From Dehalococcoidia bacterium (lineage in GTDB: Bacteria; Chloroflexota; Dehalococcoidia; Lucifugimonadales; VXLM01), in assembly GCA_009841605.1 (NCBI GenBank), contig VXLM01000122.1:11198-75197 (forward strand): 64,000 bases of DNA. The letters run 5' to 3'. Under the pieces are notes generated by a model that saw nothing but the letters and a program-made list of their open reading frames with translations, had not been told where the DNA came from and searched no databases. The position numbers were made by a program, and so were the translations under genes. Position 1 is the stretch's first letter, and every line of letters starts with the position of its first letter. Shown in pieces: positions 28,610 through 39,265 of the stretch.

Positions 28610-30193
28610 CTAGGCGATCTTGAAGGAATACAGGTCGCAATAGCGGCTGTAGAACCGCACCTTGATGCCGTTTGCCACGACGCTCGCGGGAAGCTCCGCT
28701 CGTCCCTCCCAACTCACGACGTGGGTGGTTGAGTCGCCGGTGAAGGTGTCGCACGACGACCGCTCGTAGCCCGGCACGACGTTGTCGTCGGCGTCGGTGA
28801 GCTCGACGGCAAGGAAACCCTTGTCGACACAAGCAGCGTTTACCACGAGCGTGGATCCGGAGCCGATGACGGTATGGGTGCCCATCACCCCTTCGCGGGC
28901 GTCGGTGGTGAGGGACACGAACCCTTCCGGGCGAAGGGTTGCCAGGCCCAGCCCGGTCTGCCCGCCGTTCCACCCGGGGCGGGCTTCCGGTACGTCGAGT
29001 CCCTCCGGCTCCCCGAACATCCACCAGTCGTGGTGCAGGTCTGATCCCGCGTAGTAGATGCGAATCTCGTCATCGAGGAAGATCGGCTGGCTGCAGGTCT
29101 CGGCCATGAAGCGGTCCCACTCGTCCGCTGATGTAGCGATGAACGGCACGCCGCGGTTCACGCGGTCCCAGCGGAAGCCGTCCCGGGAGTGCAAAAGGTG
29201 CAGGTCCACCGTGTTGTAGGTGCGATGGAAGATGGGCATGAGACCGAGCCACAGATCGCCCACGCGGAAGCGCACCAGCCCGTAGAACTCGTCGTCGAGC
29301 ACGTCGTCCGTGTCGTCGGGAACGAGCATTTCGCTGAGCACTGGCCACTTGGTGATGTCGTAGCTGGTTGAAGAGAAGACCCGCCGCTTCGCCATTCGCC
29401 ACGAGTCGTGCGGGAAGTGGGCGGGACCCCAACCCGGCACGCGGGCGAGTTTGGGGTTCATCGGCGGTTCCTGCATGGCCCTGGCGCGAGTGTCCAGATA
29501 GTACATGCCCGTTTGCTCGTCCGCCGTCAGGATTATCACGTCACCGAGCTGACGGTCGGACATCTGACCTATCGTAAAGGGCGTATCGTCGTATCGCGTC
29601 CAGCTACGTCCGTCGGCAGAGTATGCGGCTGAGATGCGCGAGTCCTCCAGGCCCGTGAAGGCGTTCCAATAAATGGCTTTGTATCGCTGTGAATCGTCGT
29701 TTTCGAACGGGTCTCTAAGGACCGAGCAGGCATGTATGCGTCCATCCTCCGCGTTGCCGAAGCAGATATTCGTCTTCCTTCCGTCGACCGTTCGGTAATC
29801 GAGCTCGGGCTTCGTCCAGGTGATGCCGTCCTCGGACTCGGCATACAGGAGCCGGTTGTCAATCGTGGCGTCGTAGGACGCAATGGCAGCGACCTCTTCC
29901 TTCTTCCGGCCCTTTCCCGACCGTTCGAGGCGCATGAACTCGTCGTAGTCCCACCCCATGTCCTCATACCAGAGCTTGTAGATGGACTCGCGCTCGTCCC
30001 AGTGGACGTTCCAAGTATTCGTGCGGAAGTAGCTTGTGATCTCCCACGGCTTATCCGTTTTCACGATCGGGTTGTCCGGGTGCTTGACAGGAGTGTGCAT
30101 CACTCGTGTAACGAAGTTCACGTATTCGATCACGTGGTTGTCCACGAGCAACTGTGGGGTTTGGCCTATGTAGATCGGTTTCGGAGTCGGCAC
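28610..30193 (-). CDS. Five-bladed beta-propeller glycoside hydrolase-like protein
   Basis: KHPDNP, YKLWY, YAESEDGITWTKP, SRDGFRW and GLATLRPEGFVSL. Confidence 0.65.
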   Translation of the reverse strand: MPTPKPIYIGQTPQLLVDNHVIEYVNFVTRVMHTPVKHPDNPIVKTDKPWEITSYFRTNTWNVHWDERESIYKLWYEDMGWDYDEFMRLERSGKGRKKEEVAAIASYDATIDNRLLYAESEDGITWTKPELDYRTVDGRKTNICFGNAEDGRIHACSVLRDPFENDDSQRYKAIYWNAFTGLEDSRISAAYSADGRSWTRYDDTPFTIGQMSDRQLGDVIILTADEQTGMYYLDTRARAMQEPPMNPKLARVPGWGPAHFPHDSWRMAKRRVFSSTSYDITKWPVLSEMLVPDDTDDVLDDEFYGLVRFRVGDLWLGLMPIFHRTYNTVDLHLLHSRDGFRWDRVNRGVPFIATSADEWDRFMAETCSQPIFLDDEIRIYYAGSDLHHDWWMFGEPEGLDVPEARPGWNGGQTGLGLATLRPEGFVSLTTDAREGVMGTHTVIGSGSTLVVNAACVDKGFLAVELTDADDNVVPGYERSSCDTFTGDSTTHVVSWEGRAELPASVVANGIKVRFYSRYCDLYSFKIA

Positions 30194-30315
30194 GTTATAC
30201 CTCGACTATCAAAGGGGTTTCCGCTAAAGAACCGACGCATCGACAAGGCCGGAAGGCAGGGCGATGTTGGGTGTTCCCGTTCCGTATCCGCGATGTGCCG
30301 TGGAGGCGAGCCGTA

Positions 30316-31014
30316 CTAGCCCTGATCGATCACGTCCTGAGGGACTTCGGAGCGGTCTTGCGGGCAGTAGCCGATGGCCTGCCTGTTGTGCTCGATGTCA
30401 TAGAGGGGCCAGTTGCTGTCGGACACGCCGAATACGCGCTCGTGGGTGACGTCCTCGGCGGTGAGGGCGGCTTCGAAGACCCGGACGCAGTCGCCATGGC
30501 TGAGCTGGTGCGGATGACCGGGCAGGTCGCGATCTTTGTTGAAATTTCCGATCCTTACGGATACTACGCCAATGCCGTGCCGCGCCGAGAACATATCGCC
30601 CATGGCTTCGCCGAAGACCTTGGTGATGGTGTAGTAGCTGTCCGGGCGGGTAGGGAGGTCGGCGGTACGGGTGATGCTACGGGGATAGTGTGAGGAGGGA
30701 TGCACTCCCCCGCGACTGGCGAACACGACCCGCTTCACGCCGTGTGCGAGGGCAGCCTCGAAGACGTGCCTTGTTCCGACCATCGATTGGAACGCTTGCT
30801 CCCAGTCTCCCCCCACGTTGCTCAGATGGATCGTCGCGTCCATTCCCTGAGAGGCGTGGTTAACGGCGTCCCAGTCGGTGACGCTCGCCACCGTGTAGTC
30901 GGCGATCTGCGGCGTCGGTCGAATGTCCAAGCCGCGAAACTCGTGCCGGTCCTTCAAGTGCGTAATCAGGTGCTGGCCTATCTGTCCCGCCGAACCCGTC
31001 ATCAGTACGCGCAT
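30316..31014 (-). CDS. NAD-dependent epimerase/dehydrogenase (uronate dehydrogenase-like)
   Basis: TGSAGQIG, PDSYYTITKVFGE, SVRIG and LSHGD. Confidence 0.82.
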   Translation of the reverse strand: MRVLMTGSAGQIGQHLITHLKDRHEFRGLDIRPTPQIADYTVASVTDWDAVNHASQGMDATIHLSNVGGDWEQAFQSMVGTRHVFEAALAHGVKRVVFASRGGVHPSSHYPRSITRTADLPTRPDSYYTITKVFGEAMGDMFSARHGIGVVSVRIGNFNKDRDLPGHPHQLSHGDCVRVFEAALTAEDVTHERVFGVSDSNWPLYDIEHNRQAIGYCPQDRSEVPQDVIDQG

Positions 31015-31309
31015 ATGCCTGTCTCCTTGGTTTTGCGAACTAAGCACGTGGGAGTGTACGGACGGGCAGGGGACGTGTCAAACGTAGAGGGCGGATGCCA
31101 AGCGTGAATGAACCGAACTGAGGGGGCGCAGTTCGTCATACTCTAAGCGACCAATATGGGTCGTGATTAGCTCGAGATAGCGGCGGGAATTCCCCAAAAT
31201 TTACGTCATTTGACGCCACTTAGCGTCATTTTGCTACTTATTGTCAAGTTCAGGCGAAACAGACAGGAACCGTATGTGTCCAATATCGAGACGCTTTCGC
31301 CATTGGCTC

Positions 31310-32527
31310 TCACTCGACCTCGGTCATGCGGACGTTCATCCGCTTGGACGGAGAGTGTCCTGTGAAGGAATACTTCGCGGTGGTGACGTAGTCGCCTCGG
31401 TCAACCTCACCGGAGCCGTCAACATCCAGGTGCACCTCGACTGCGTAATCTCCAAATGGCCTCGGCTCCTGATAGTTGATGGTGTACCGGAACCTTCCTG
31501 GGTCCGACTCTTCCGTTGAGAAGTTGGGAATTAATCGCTCGGTAATCCGGCGTTTCCCCAAGTCGGGCCTGCTCAGGTCCTCGAGCCTGATGTAGAGGGT
31601 GTCGCCCGTTATCGGCTCCGTCGCTCCCACAAACTCGATGGTACCGCGAATGGTTGGGAGTGCAGGAGGCTCGGCGCTGATCGGATCCAACTTCGGTGGG
31701 GACCCGGGTGTGAGTTGGTAAACGTCGTCGTTTATGTGGAGATTGACGACCGTATCCGGCTCAGGGAACGCGCCGATCGTGATTTCCCAATCGGCCGTGT
31801 CGATCACGGCGGCGCAGGCGATGTCCGCAGATGCCGGCACGACGTTGTAGACCTCAACGTCGATGCTGTCCTCGTCGCGAAGTCGGCGGACGGCTTCATA
31901 TCCATTGGGACGCGCACAGGCGTTGGGCTGAAGCGAAGTGACCTTCAGCACATACGTATTCGGGTCTTCAGGGGACGTCGTAAGCTCGAAATCGGTTATC
32001 GGCGCCTCCACACGCACCAATGCCTCGGTGTCCTCGGCCTGCTCTATGATCACCGGTTCTAACGTCACGTTAATGGAGTTGAGCACACTTGAACCGACTG
32101 CCGTGGTCGCGGGATATTGAGCAGTCCATGCGAAGTCCCCTTCGGAGATGTCACTTGAGTTGTCGGCGTCGAGGTGGACACGGACCCTGTACGTGTCCTT
32201 AGGCTCCAACTCCCGATGCTCGATCAGATACCTGTAGGTCGGCAGATCTGAGGGGTCGACGGTTACGTCACGAATGACCTGCTCGACGAGGGTCTTGCCC
32301 GCGTCGTCTTGAATGCTGATGTCTTCCAGCCGGACGTAGATTGTCGCGCCGCTGATTCGATTCTGAACGCTTTTAAAGGTGATTTCGCCCTCGATGAGCT
32401 TGTTGCCTCGTCTGCTCGGTTGGGGCTTCGGCGTTGCCGTCGGCTCGCTGTCTCCGCCGTCACTTGCACAAGCGATGGCGATGGGCGCGAACAGCGCGAT
32501 CAGACCGACTATCAGCCACGTCTTCAT
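31310..32527 (-). CDS. Lipoprotein with two YbaY-like domains
   Basis: Lipobox AIAC. The module I.G.I.F...YVRLEDIS...RVHLD.D.S...GD occurs at both the N- and C-terminus. Confidence 0.65.
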   Translation of the reverse strand: MKTWLIVGLIALFAPIAIACASDGGDSEPTATPKPQPSRRGNKLIEGEITFKSVQNRISGATIYVRLEDISIQDDAGKTLVEQVIRDVTVDPSDLPTYRYLIEHRELEPKDTYRVRVHLDADNSSDISEGDFAWTAQYPATTAVGSSVLNSINVTLEPVIIEQAEDTEALVRVEAPITDFELTTSPEDPNTYVLKVTSLQPNACARPNGYEAVRRLRDEDSIDVEVYNVVPASADIACAAVIDTADWEITIGAFPEPDTVVNLHINDDVYQLTPGSPPKLDPISAEPPALPTIRGTIEFVGATEPITGDTLYIRLEDLSRPDLGKRRITERLIPNFSTEESDPGRFRYTINYQEPRPFGDYAVEVHLDVDGSGEVDRGDYVTTAKYSFTGHSPSKRMNVRMTEVE

Positions 32528-32724
32528 TTTTTCGTGCTTCCTCCTGTATTCGATAACGCATTTCGGTACGACGCGTTATCAGTCCCGGATGGTGACACCG
32601 GGCAAGACGGAGCTTCCCCGTACAAGAAACGTACCACTGCCAAGCCTTCCCCGTCCAGACGACGCACCATCCATTCATGCTCAATGCTACAATGGCGCGC
32701 ACATATTGAACGATGGAGAGCACC

Positions 32725-33609
32725 ATGTCGGACTTTACGGGAGTCTATCCGGCGATTATCACACCGATGACTGCTGCCGGGGACCTGAACGAAGAGGCGT
32801 TTCGCATTGTCTACGAAGGCAACGTCCGCGCCGGCGCACACGGGTTTTGGGTTGCCGGAGGGACAGGCGAGAGCGTCTATCTCACGGAGGCTGAGAACAA
32901 CCGCATCGCCGAGATGGCCGCCGACCAGAACGGCGGTCGTGTGAAGAACATCATGCACGTCGGGGCGGCAACGACCACGCAGGCAGCGCGTCAGGCCGAG
33001 CACGCCGCCAAAGCGGGAGTCGAGGCGATCTGCGCGGTTCCTCCGTTCTTCTACGGTGTGGAAGACGAGGCGATCGTTGAGTACTACCGCGTCGTCGGCA
33101 GCGCCGCCGACCTGCCGCTGTTTGCCTACAATCTCCCGCACGCCACCGGGGTCGACATCGTCCCCGAACTCATGGCGAAGATACAGGACAAAGTCCCGCA
33201 GCTGAGAGGACTGAAGCACTCTTCAACTGAGTTCCACAACGTTGCCGCATATGTCGAGATGGGGCTGGACTGCTTCATCGGCAGTTCGCTGCTGATGGCT
33301 CCCGCTCTCGCGATAGGCGCGGTGGGTTGCATCGATGGCCCACTGTGTATCGTTCCGGAGCTTTGGGTGGACATCTGGAACGCTCATCGCGCGGGGGACG
33401 GAGAGGCAGCGCTTGCCGCTCAGAGGCGTGCCACCGAATTCGTGACGCTCAGCCGCACCATTCCGTTCCCGGCAGGCTTCAAGGCCCTGTGCGAAGCTCG
33501 CTTTGAAATAGAGTGCGGCGACCCGCGGCCTCCCTTTCCGCCGGCTTCGGAAGAGCAGAAGATGGGTCTCATAGCGACCGCGAGGTCTCAAGGCTGGCTT
33601 GATCTCTAA
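32725..33609 (+). CDS. DapA/NanA family lyase
   Basis: GVYPAIITP, GGTGE, PPFF, YNLP and GLKHS. Confidence 0.88.
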   Translation: MSDFTGVYPAIITPMTAAGDLNEEAFRIVYEGNVRAGAHGFWVAGGTGESVYLTEAENNRIAEMAADQNGGRVKNIMHVGAATTTQAARQAEHAAKAGVEAICAVPPFFYGVEDEAIVEYYRVVGSAADLPLFAYNLPHATGVDIVPELMAKIQDKVPQLRGLKHSSTEFHNVAAYVEMGLDCFIGSSLLMAPALAIGAVGCIDGPLCIVPELWVDIWNAHRAGDGEAALAAQRRATEFVTLSRTIPFPAGFKALCEARFEIECGDPRPPFPPASEEQKMGLIATARSQGWLDL

Positions 33610-33624
33610 CCACACAGAGTCGCC

Positions 33625-36600
33625 ATGAGCTTCGCGTCGGCACAAATTGATCCCTCATCGTCCTTGGCGGTGAGGACGTTCCTCTTTGCAGTCGCCCTCG
33701 TCCTAATGTTGTTCCTCCTGAGCGCGGGTGGCGCTGGAGGGCAGGAGGCGGACGACCACGGGAATACCATAAGCGCCCCGACCAACCTGCCCCTTGGGTC
33801 TTCCATTGAAGGACGTATCGACCCGGCCGACGATCAGGACGTGTTTAGGCTGGACCTGTCGGGTAGATCAGGGACGACGGATGTATGGATATACACCACT
33901 GGCCAGCTTGACACCGTCGGATATTTGTTCGACAGCAGAGGCAACCGACTGTTGGCCAACGACGACAGTCGTATGATCAACAGGTGGAGTAATTTTCATC
34001 TCCATGCCAGTCTCAGGCCAGGAGTCTACTATGTAGCCGTTGTCAGTTACTTGAGTCAGCATATTGGAGACTACACCCTGTACGCAGAGACCGTATCTGA
34101 CATCGGTAACACAATCGGCACAGCCACTCGCCTGAGTATGGATGCCCCAACTCCCGGCACGATTGGTTCTCAAAACGATGCTGGCTACTTCAGACTGGAG
34201 TTTACCGAGCCCACAGACGTGGTCGTCTACGCGAAGAATCCCAGTCTCTTCCGCTACCTAGAGTCGCAGAATACATGGAGTCGTTTGCCACTTGAACCTC
34301 TTGAAGTCCAAGTGTTCGACAGCGGAAATGAAGAGATCACCATAAATGTCTATCCCGAACCGCGTGCCGGGCAGCGTGATGGCTTCGAAATTCGCGACGA
34401 TTTCGGCCCTGGAACGTACTACGTCAAGATCAGCGCTCCAACCGATGTCACCAACTACCCCGTGCCGTACACAATCCACGCCTTCGAAGATGTGAGGTAC
34501 ACCGACTTCATCGATGAATGCGAAGCCAAAACAAGCCAGTTGAACGACCCTCTAATCAGCGACTCCCTGTATGCGTGTCAGTGGCACCTGGACAATCCCA
34601 GCGAGACGGATATCAATGTCGAACCTGTGTGGGAGGAAGGCATCAAGGGCGAAGGTGTTAATGTCGCAGTAGTCGACGACGGCATGTACTACACCCACGA
34701 GGACCTGAGAGACAATATAGACACGTCACGGAATCACGACTATACCGGCAACGAGGACATATACAGCCCGTTCGAGCATCATGGCACCCACGTCGCCGGC
34801 CTCATTGCGGCACGAGATAACAATATCGGGGTGCGTGGCGTTGCACCGCGAGCCACTGTTTACGGGTATAACTTCCTCGCCGGCGAAAGGACAGTTTCAA
34901 ACATAGCGGACGCCATGTCGCGAAACGCTGGCGTTACCGCAGTGTCCAATAACAGTTGGGGTCCTCGTGATGGACCCGGGCTCGATGGAGCCAATGCCTT
35001 CTGGAAACGATCAATAGAAAACGGGGTTAGAGTGGGTTACGGCAACAAGGGAACGCTGTATGTTTTTTCCGCTGGCAATGGACACGAGGAGGGTGACAAC
35101 TCAAACTTCGATGAGTACGTCAATCACTACGCCGTGACCGCGGTCTGCGCCGTGAATGACCACGACACCAGGAGCGGCTTCTCAGAATTGGGGGCCAACC
35201 TATGGGTCTGTGCGCCGTCAAATGATGAAACAGACTTTCACCAGGGCATCCTCACCACCGAAAACTCTGACCGTTACTACGAAGAGTTCGGTGGGACATC
35301 CTCGTCGACTCCCATCGTTGCAGGCGTGGCGGCGCTGGTGCGAAGCGCCAATCCCGATCTCACGTGGCGGGATGTGAAACTGGTCCTTGCCGGGTCCGCG
35401 CGGAAGAACGACGCTCGGAACACCGGGTGGCAGGAAGGAACGTGGAAGTACGACGCCCAATCTGAAGAAGACCGCTATCACTTCAACCACGAGTATGGGT
35501 TCGGAGTTGTCGATGCAAAGGCCGCCGTCGATCTTGCAAAGAAATGGCGCAGCCTTCCGTCTTTGGAGAGCGTGCCGCTGACGTCGAATTCGCTGAACTT
35601 GGTCATTCCCGACGCACCCATTATCGGCCCTCCCGCGACGGTCGAGACCGCACTCAGATTGAGTTCCGGTGTAAAGTTCGTCGAGTTTGTAGAAATCAAC
35701 ACGTCCTTCCGTCACGGATCCTTCCGCGACCTCACAATCGAGCTAGAGTCTCCGTCCGGCGCCGTCTCTCAACTGTCCGTACCATTCGACACGCGCACCG
35801 ACGAAGATCGCTCATTTGCACATGTGGATCTGAACGGCTCGTTTCGCTTCGGTTCCGCGAAACATCTGGGCGAAGACCCGAATGGCACATGGAAGCTGCG
35901 GATCACCGACCACATACCGACGGTGGGGGGAGCCCTGGATTCGTGGAACATCAAGGTTTATGGGCATGAGAGTCCACCCGGCGCGCCCACCTTGAACTCC
36001 GTCATGGCGGACGTTGGAACTCTCACGGTCGCGTGGAACGCTCCCGCCGACACGGGGAGTTCGCAAGTCACCTCGTATGACTTGCGGTACATACAGACCT
36101 CCACCGACGAGACGATAGACTCCAACTGGACTGTGGTCGAAGACGTTTGGAATACGGAATCGGCCGGGGGCTTCGAGTACGCCATACCCTCGTTGGTCGG
36201 CGGGGCTTGGTATGACGTTCAGGTACGCGCCGTCAATCGTGCCGGAGCCGGATCTTGGTCGGAGCCCTTAACCGGAATGCCGATACCGATAGTTTCAGGC
36301 GTCTGTGCCGCCAGTGGTGTGGTGGTCCGTCCCGACCTCAATCCGGGACTGGTGTCCGACTGCAATGCGCTCTTGGCGACCCGTGATGCCCTCGCGGGAA
36401 GCGCGACACTGAACTGGTCGTCGAACGCTCTCATGGGAAATTGGCAGGGTGTAACCGTAGAGGGAACCCCGAAGCGTGTCACGGAGTTGGACCTACACGA
36501 TATGGATCTGAACGGGGCGATACCCACAGAGCTGGGCAGGCTTTCCGAATTGAGACGGTTGGCCCTTTCGAGGAACCAATTGACCGGAACGCTTCCTGCA

Positions 36601-39057
36601 TGGCTTGGCGACCTCACTCATCTGGAAGAGTTAACGCTCTGGGGGAATCGGTTGTCCGGGCCGATACCTTCGTCGCTTGGCAGCCTCACTAACTTGCATG
36701 AACTGTACCTCTCCCAGAACCGTTTGACTGGATCAATACCGGCATCCCTCGGCGACCTCACCAATCTGCGAGAGTTATCGCTGTGGCGAAACGAACTGAC
36801 TGGACCACTTCCTGCGGAACTGGATGGCCTTGCTAGTCTGCAGAGACTAGTGCTGGCGGACAACGAACTGACGGGAACGCTGCCTGTTTGGCTGGGTGAT
36901 CTGCCCAACCTCCAGGCGCTATCACTTTGGGGCAACAACCTTAGCGGTTCCATACCGCAAGAATTAGGGGAAATCGCTAATTTAGAAGAGATCTATCTCG
37001 CCCAGAACAAGCTGAGCGGCCCGCTACCGAGTTCGCTGGGCAACCTCGCAAACCTCGAAGTTCTGTCACTCTGGCGGAATCTCTTGACGGGTCCAATACC
37101 CCCTGAACTCGGTAATCTCACGAACCTCGAGCAACTGCTTCTCAGGGAAAACCTGTTGACAGGGTCAATACCTAAGTCGCTAAGTAATCTTGACAACCTT
37201 CAGCGGTTGACCCTTCGACAGAACCTGTTGGATGGGTGCGTCCCCCCAGGATTGCGGGATGTGGCAAGAAATGACTTTGATGACCTCAGTCTGCAATTCT
37301 GTGATGTTCTCTTGGAAAGTCTGAGCATTTCTCCAGGGGAACTCGTCCAGCCGTTCGATCCGTACCGCACCGGCTACACGGCCTTGTCCAGCGCGGCGCG
37401 TGTGACGGTGACTCCCGTGAGCGAACACGACGCGGTCATCGAGTTCCTCGACCGGAACCAACGGCCTATCGCTGACGCCGACACCTCACTGGAGGGCCAT
37501 CAAACTGACCTTGGTATTGGCGTCACGGCCATCAGGGTTAGGGTGACATCGCATGATGGCCTATCGATCAATACGTACACGATTGCGGTGAGCAGGGCGC
37601 CCAGCGCTCCATCTATCAGCGAGGTATGGTCGGGTGACCGTGAACTCAAGGTCTTGTGGACTTCTCCCACGGAGACCGGTGGCTCCGATCTGACCGCCTA
37701 TGATCTTCGCTATATTCGGACCATTGCCGACGAATCGGTAGAGTCCAACTGGACGGTGGTGGAAGACGCGTGGACTGCTGTCGCGAGTGAGAGTTTGGAA
37801 TATACCATCACCGGGCTGACGGGTAGCACGCAATACGACGTGCAGGCGCGAGCGGTGAGCCGTGTTGGAGCAGGCCTATGGTCCGAGACCGCCACGAGTT
37901 CGACGGCACCCAGTATCTGTGTCACCGGAGGCGCGGTATCCGATGCGACCAATACTTGGCTGATCTCCGATTGCGAGGCCCTGCTATCGGTGCGGGACAC
38001 GCTCGTAGTGAGAGGTTCGCTGGGCTGGTCGGCGGACACTGCCATCTCCGACTGGAAGGGGATCACCCTGCAAGGCAATCCCGCGCGTGTGACATCGCTG
38101 AATATTCGGGCCGAGGGACTGGGTGGCTCTATTCCAGCCGAACTGGGCCGACTTTCGAGCCTCACCTATCTGAACCTTCGCAATAACAACCTTAAGGGGT
38201 TCATCCCACCTGAGTTGGGCAACCTGACCAACCTGAGGGTCTTGGGTCTAAACAATAACGAACTACGGGGGCAAATTCCGGACCTCAGCGACCTGACGAA
38301 ATTGGAGCAGCTCTACCTGTCGAATAACGACTTGAGCGGTGCTTTACCGGCTTGGCTAGGCACTTTGAGAAATGTAAGAGAGCTCTGGCTGTGGGGTAAC
38401 GAACTGAGTGGCGCAATCCCGGACTTGAGGGGAATGACGTCCCTCGTTCGACTGAAGCTGCAGAGCAACGAGCTGACGGGTGGCGTCCCGGCCTGGTTTG
38501 GCGATATGGATGGCCTTGTGTACCTCTATCTTCATAAGAACCCACTTGGTGGGACGATTCCACCAGAGTTGGGAGAAATGAGCAGTCTTCGGTACCTGTG
38601 GCTCCACACGACCGAGTTGACCGGAGGTATACCGCAGGAGTTGAGTCAACTCTCCGGCCTCAGGGATTTGAATCTACACTCCAACAGCCTGAGTGGTTCA
38701 ATCCCTTCTGAACTGGGCGGCATGACAAGCCTGACGCGCCTGCGGCTCCATCGCAACCAACTGAGCGGCAGGATTCCGTCTATGCTTGGTGACCTGGACA
38801 CCTTGCGCTCCCTCTGGCTGCACGGGAATATGCTGGAAGAGTCGATTCCTGCCGAGTTAGGAAGGCTGACAAACCTGGAGAGGCTGTGGCTCAGCGAGAA
38901 TAGACTAACAGGACAGATACCGTCGGAACTGGACGGGCTTGCCAAGCTGAGCCAGTTGCGCCTTGCAGAAAACCGGTTTACCGGCTGTGTACCGGCAGGT
39001 TTGAGCGAGGTGCCGGACAACGATCTCGACGAACTCGACTTGGATGTCTGCTCCTAG
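33625..39057 (+). CDS. Large secreted S8 (kexin/furin-like) serine protease with PPC-like, P-domain, FN3, LRR and cadherin-like modules
   Basis: Catalytic triad VVDDG/HGTHVAG/GGTSSS, oxyanion AGNG, P-domain ending G.W.L.I.D, two FN3 domains (YDVQ.RAV) and two blocks of 24-aa LRRs (L.G.IP..LG.L..L). Confidence 0.9.
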   Translation: MSFASAQIDPSSSLAVRTFLFAVALVLMLFLLSAGGAGGQEADDHGNTISAPTNLPLGSSIEGRIDPADDQDVFRLDLSGRSGTTDVWIYTTGQLDTVGYLFDSRGNRLLANDDSRMINRWSNFHLHASLRPGVYYVAVVSYLSQHIGDYTLYAETVSDIGNTIGTATRLSMDAPTPGTIGSQNDAGYFRLEFTEPTDVVVYAKNPSLFRYLESQNTWSRLPLEPLEVQVFDSGNEEITINVYPEPRAGQRDGFEIRDDFGPGTYYVKISAPTDVTNYPVPYTIHAFEDVRYTDFIDECEAKTSQLNDPLISDSLYACQWHLDNPSETDINVEPVWEEGIKGEGVNVAVVDDGMYYTHEDLRDNIDTSRNHDYTGNEDIYSPFEHHGTHVAGLIAARDNNIGVRGVAPRATVYGYNFLAGERTVSNIADAMSRNAGVTAVSNNSWGPRDGPGLDGANAFWKRSIENGVRVGYGNKGTLYVFSAGNGHEEGDNSNFDEYVNHYAVTAVCAVNDHDTRSGFSELGANLWVCAPSNDETDFHQGILTTENSDRYYEEFGGTSSSTPIVAGVAALVRSANPDLTWRDVKLVLAGSARKNDARNTGWQEGTWKYDAQSEEDRYHFNHEYGFGVVDAKAAVDLAKKWRSLPSLESVPLTSNSLNLVIPDAPIIGPPATVETALRLSSGVKFVEFVEINTSFRHGSFRDLTIELESPSGAVSQLSVPFDTRTDEDRSFAHVDLNGSFRFGSAKHLGEDPNGTWKLRITDHIPTVGGALDSWNIKVYGHESPPGAPTLNSVMADVGTLTVAWNAPADTGSSQVTSYDLRYIQTSTDETIDSNWTVVEDVWNTESAGGFEYAIPSLVGGAWYDVQVRAVNRAGAGSWSEPLTGMPIPIVSGVCAASGVVVRPDLNPGLVSDCNALLATRDALAGSATLNWSSNALMGNWQGVTVEGTPKRVTELDLHDMDLNGAIPTELGRLSELRRLALSRNQLTGTLPAWLGDLTHLEELTLWGNRLSGPIPSSLGSLTNLHELYLSQNRLTGSIPASLGDLTNLRELSLWRNELTGPLPAELDGLASLQRLVLADNELTGTLPVWLGDLPNLQALSLWGNNLSGSIPQELGEIANLEEIYLAQNKLSGPLPSSLGNLANLEVLSLWRNLLTGPIPPELGNLTNLEQLLLRENLLTGSIPKSLSNLDNLQRLTLRQNLLDGCVPPGLRDVARNDFDDLSLQFCDVLLESLSISPGELVQPFDPYRTGYTALSSAARVTVTPVSEHDAVIEFLDRNQRPIADADTSLEGHQTDLGIGVTAIRVRVTSHDGLSINTYTIAVSRAPSAPSISEVWSGDRELKVLWTSPTETGGSDLTAYDLRYIRTIADESVESNWTVVEDAWTAVASESLEYTITGLTGSTQYDVQARAVSRVGAGLWSETATSSTAPSICVTGGAVSDATNTWLISDCEALLSVRDTLVVRGSLGWSADTAISDWKGITLQGNPARVTSLNIRAEGLGGSIPAELGRLSSLTYLNLRNNNLKGFIPPELGNLTNLRVLGLNNNELRGQIPDLSDLTKLEQLYLSNNDLSGALPAWLGTLRNVRELWLWGNELSGAIPDLRGMTSLVRLKLQSNELTGGVPAWFGDMDGLVYLYLHKNPLGGTIPPELGEMSSLRYLWLHTTELTGGIPQELSQLSGLRDLNLHSNSLSGSIPSELGGMTSLTRLRLHRNQLSGRIPSMLGDLDTLRSLWLHGNMLEESIPAELGRLTNLERLWLSENRLTGQIPSELDGLAKLSQLRLAENRFTGCVPAGLSEVPDNDLDELDLDVCS

Positions 39058-39154
39058 ACGGCGGTCCGCGTTAGGGTGAATGTCAACATCGTGGTGCAAC
39101 TCAGCCGGACTTCGGCCGACGGTTAGGGAAGAGGTGTAGGCTTGGAGCAGTCAG

Positions 39155-39265
39155 AGGGTGTCTAAAAACCCTTCCGTTCACCCTGAGCCTGTCGAAGGGT
39201 CGAGGGACTGTTCATGGTTCGACAAGCTCACTACAAGCGGTTTCCGACGACTTATTAGACACCCT
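39155..39265. mobile_element. MITE/REP-like element between convergent genes
   Basis: Terminal inverted repeats AGGGTGTCTAA...TTAGACACCCT. Internal inverted repeat TGAGCCTGTCGAA...TTCGACAAGCTCA. Confidence 0.7.

Noticed and set aside
31195-31240. CGTCA-TT-TGACG palindrome as a recombination or dif site
   Set aside because: It is too short, does not match the dif consensus and has no adjacent recombinase. At most it is an operator.
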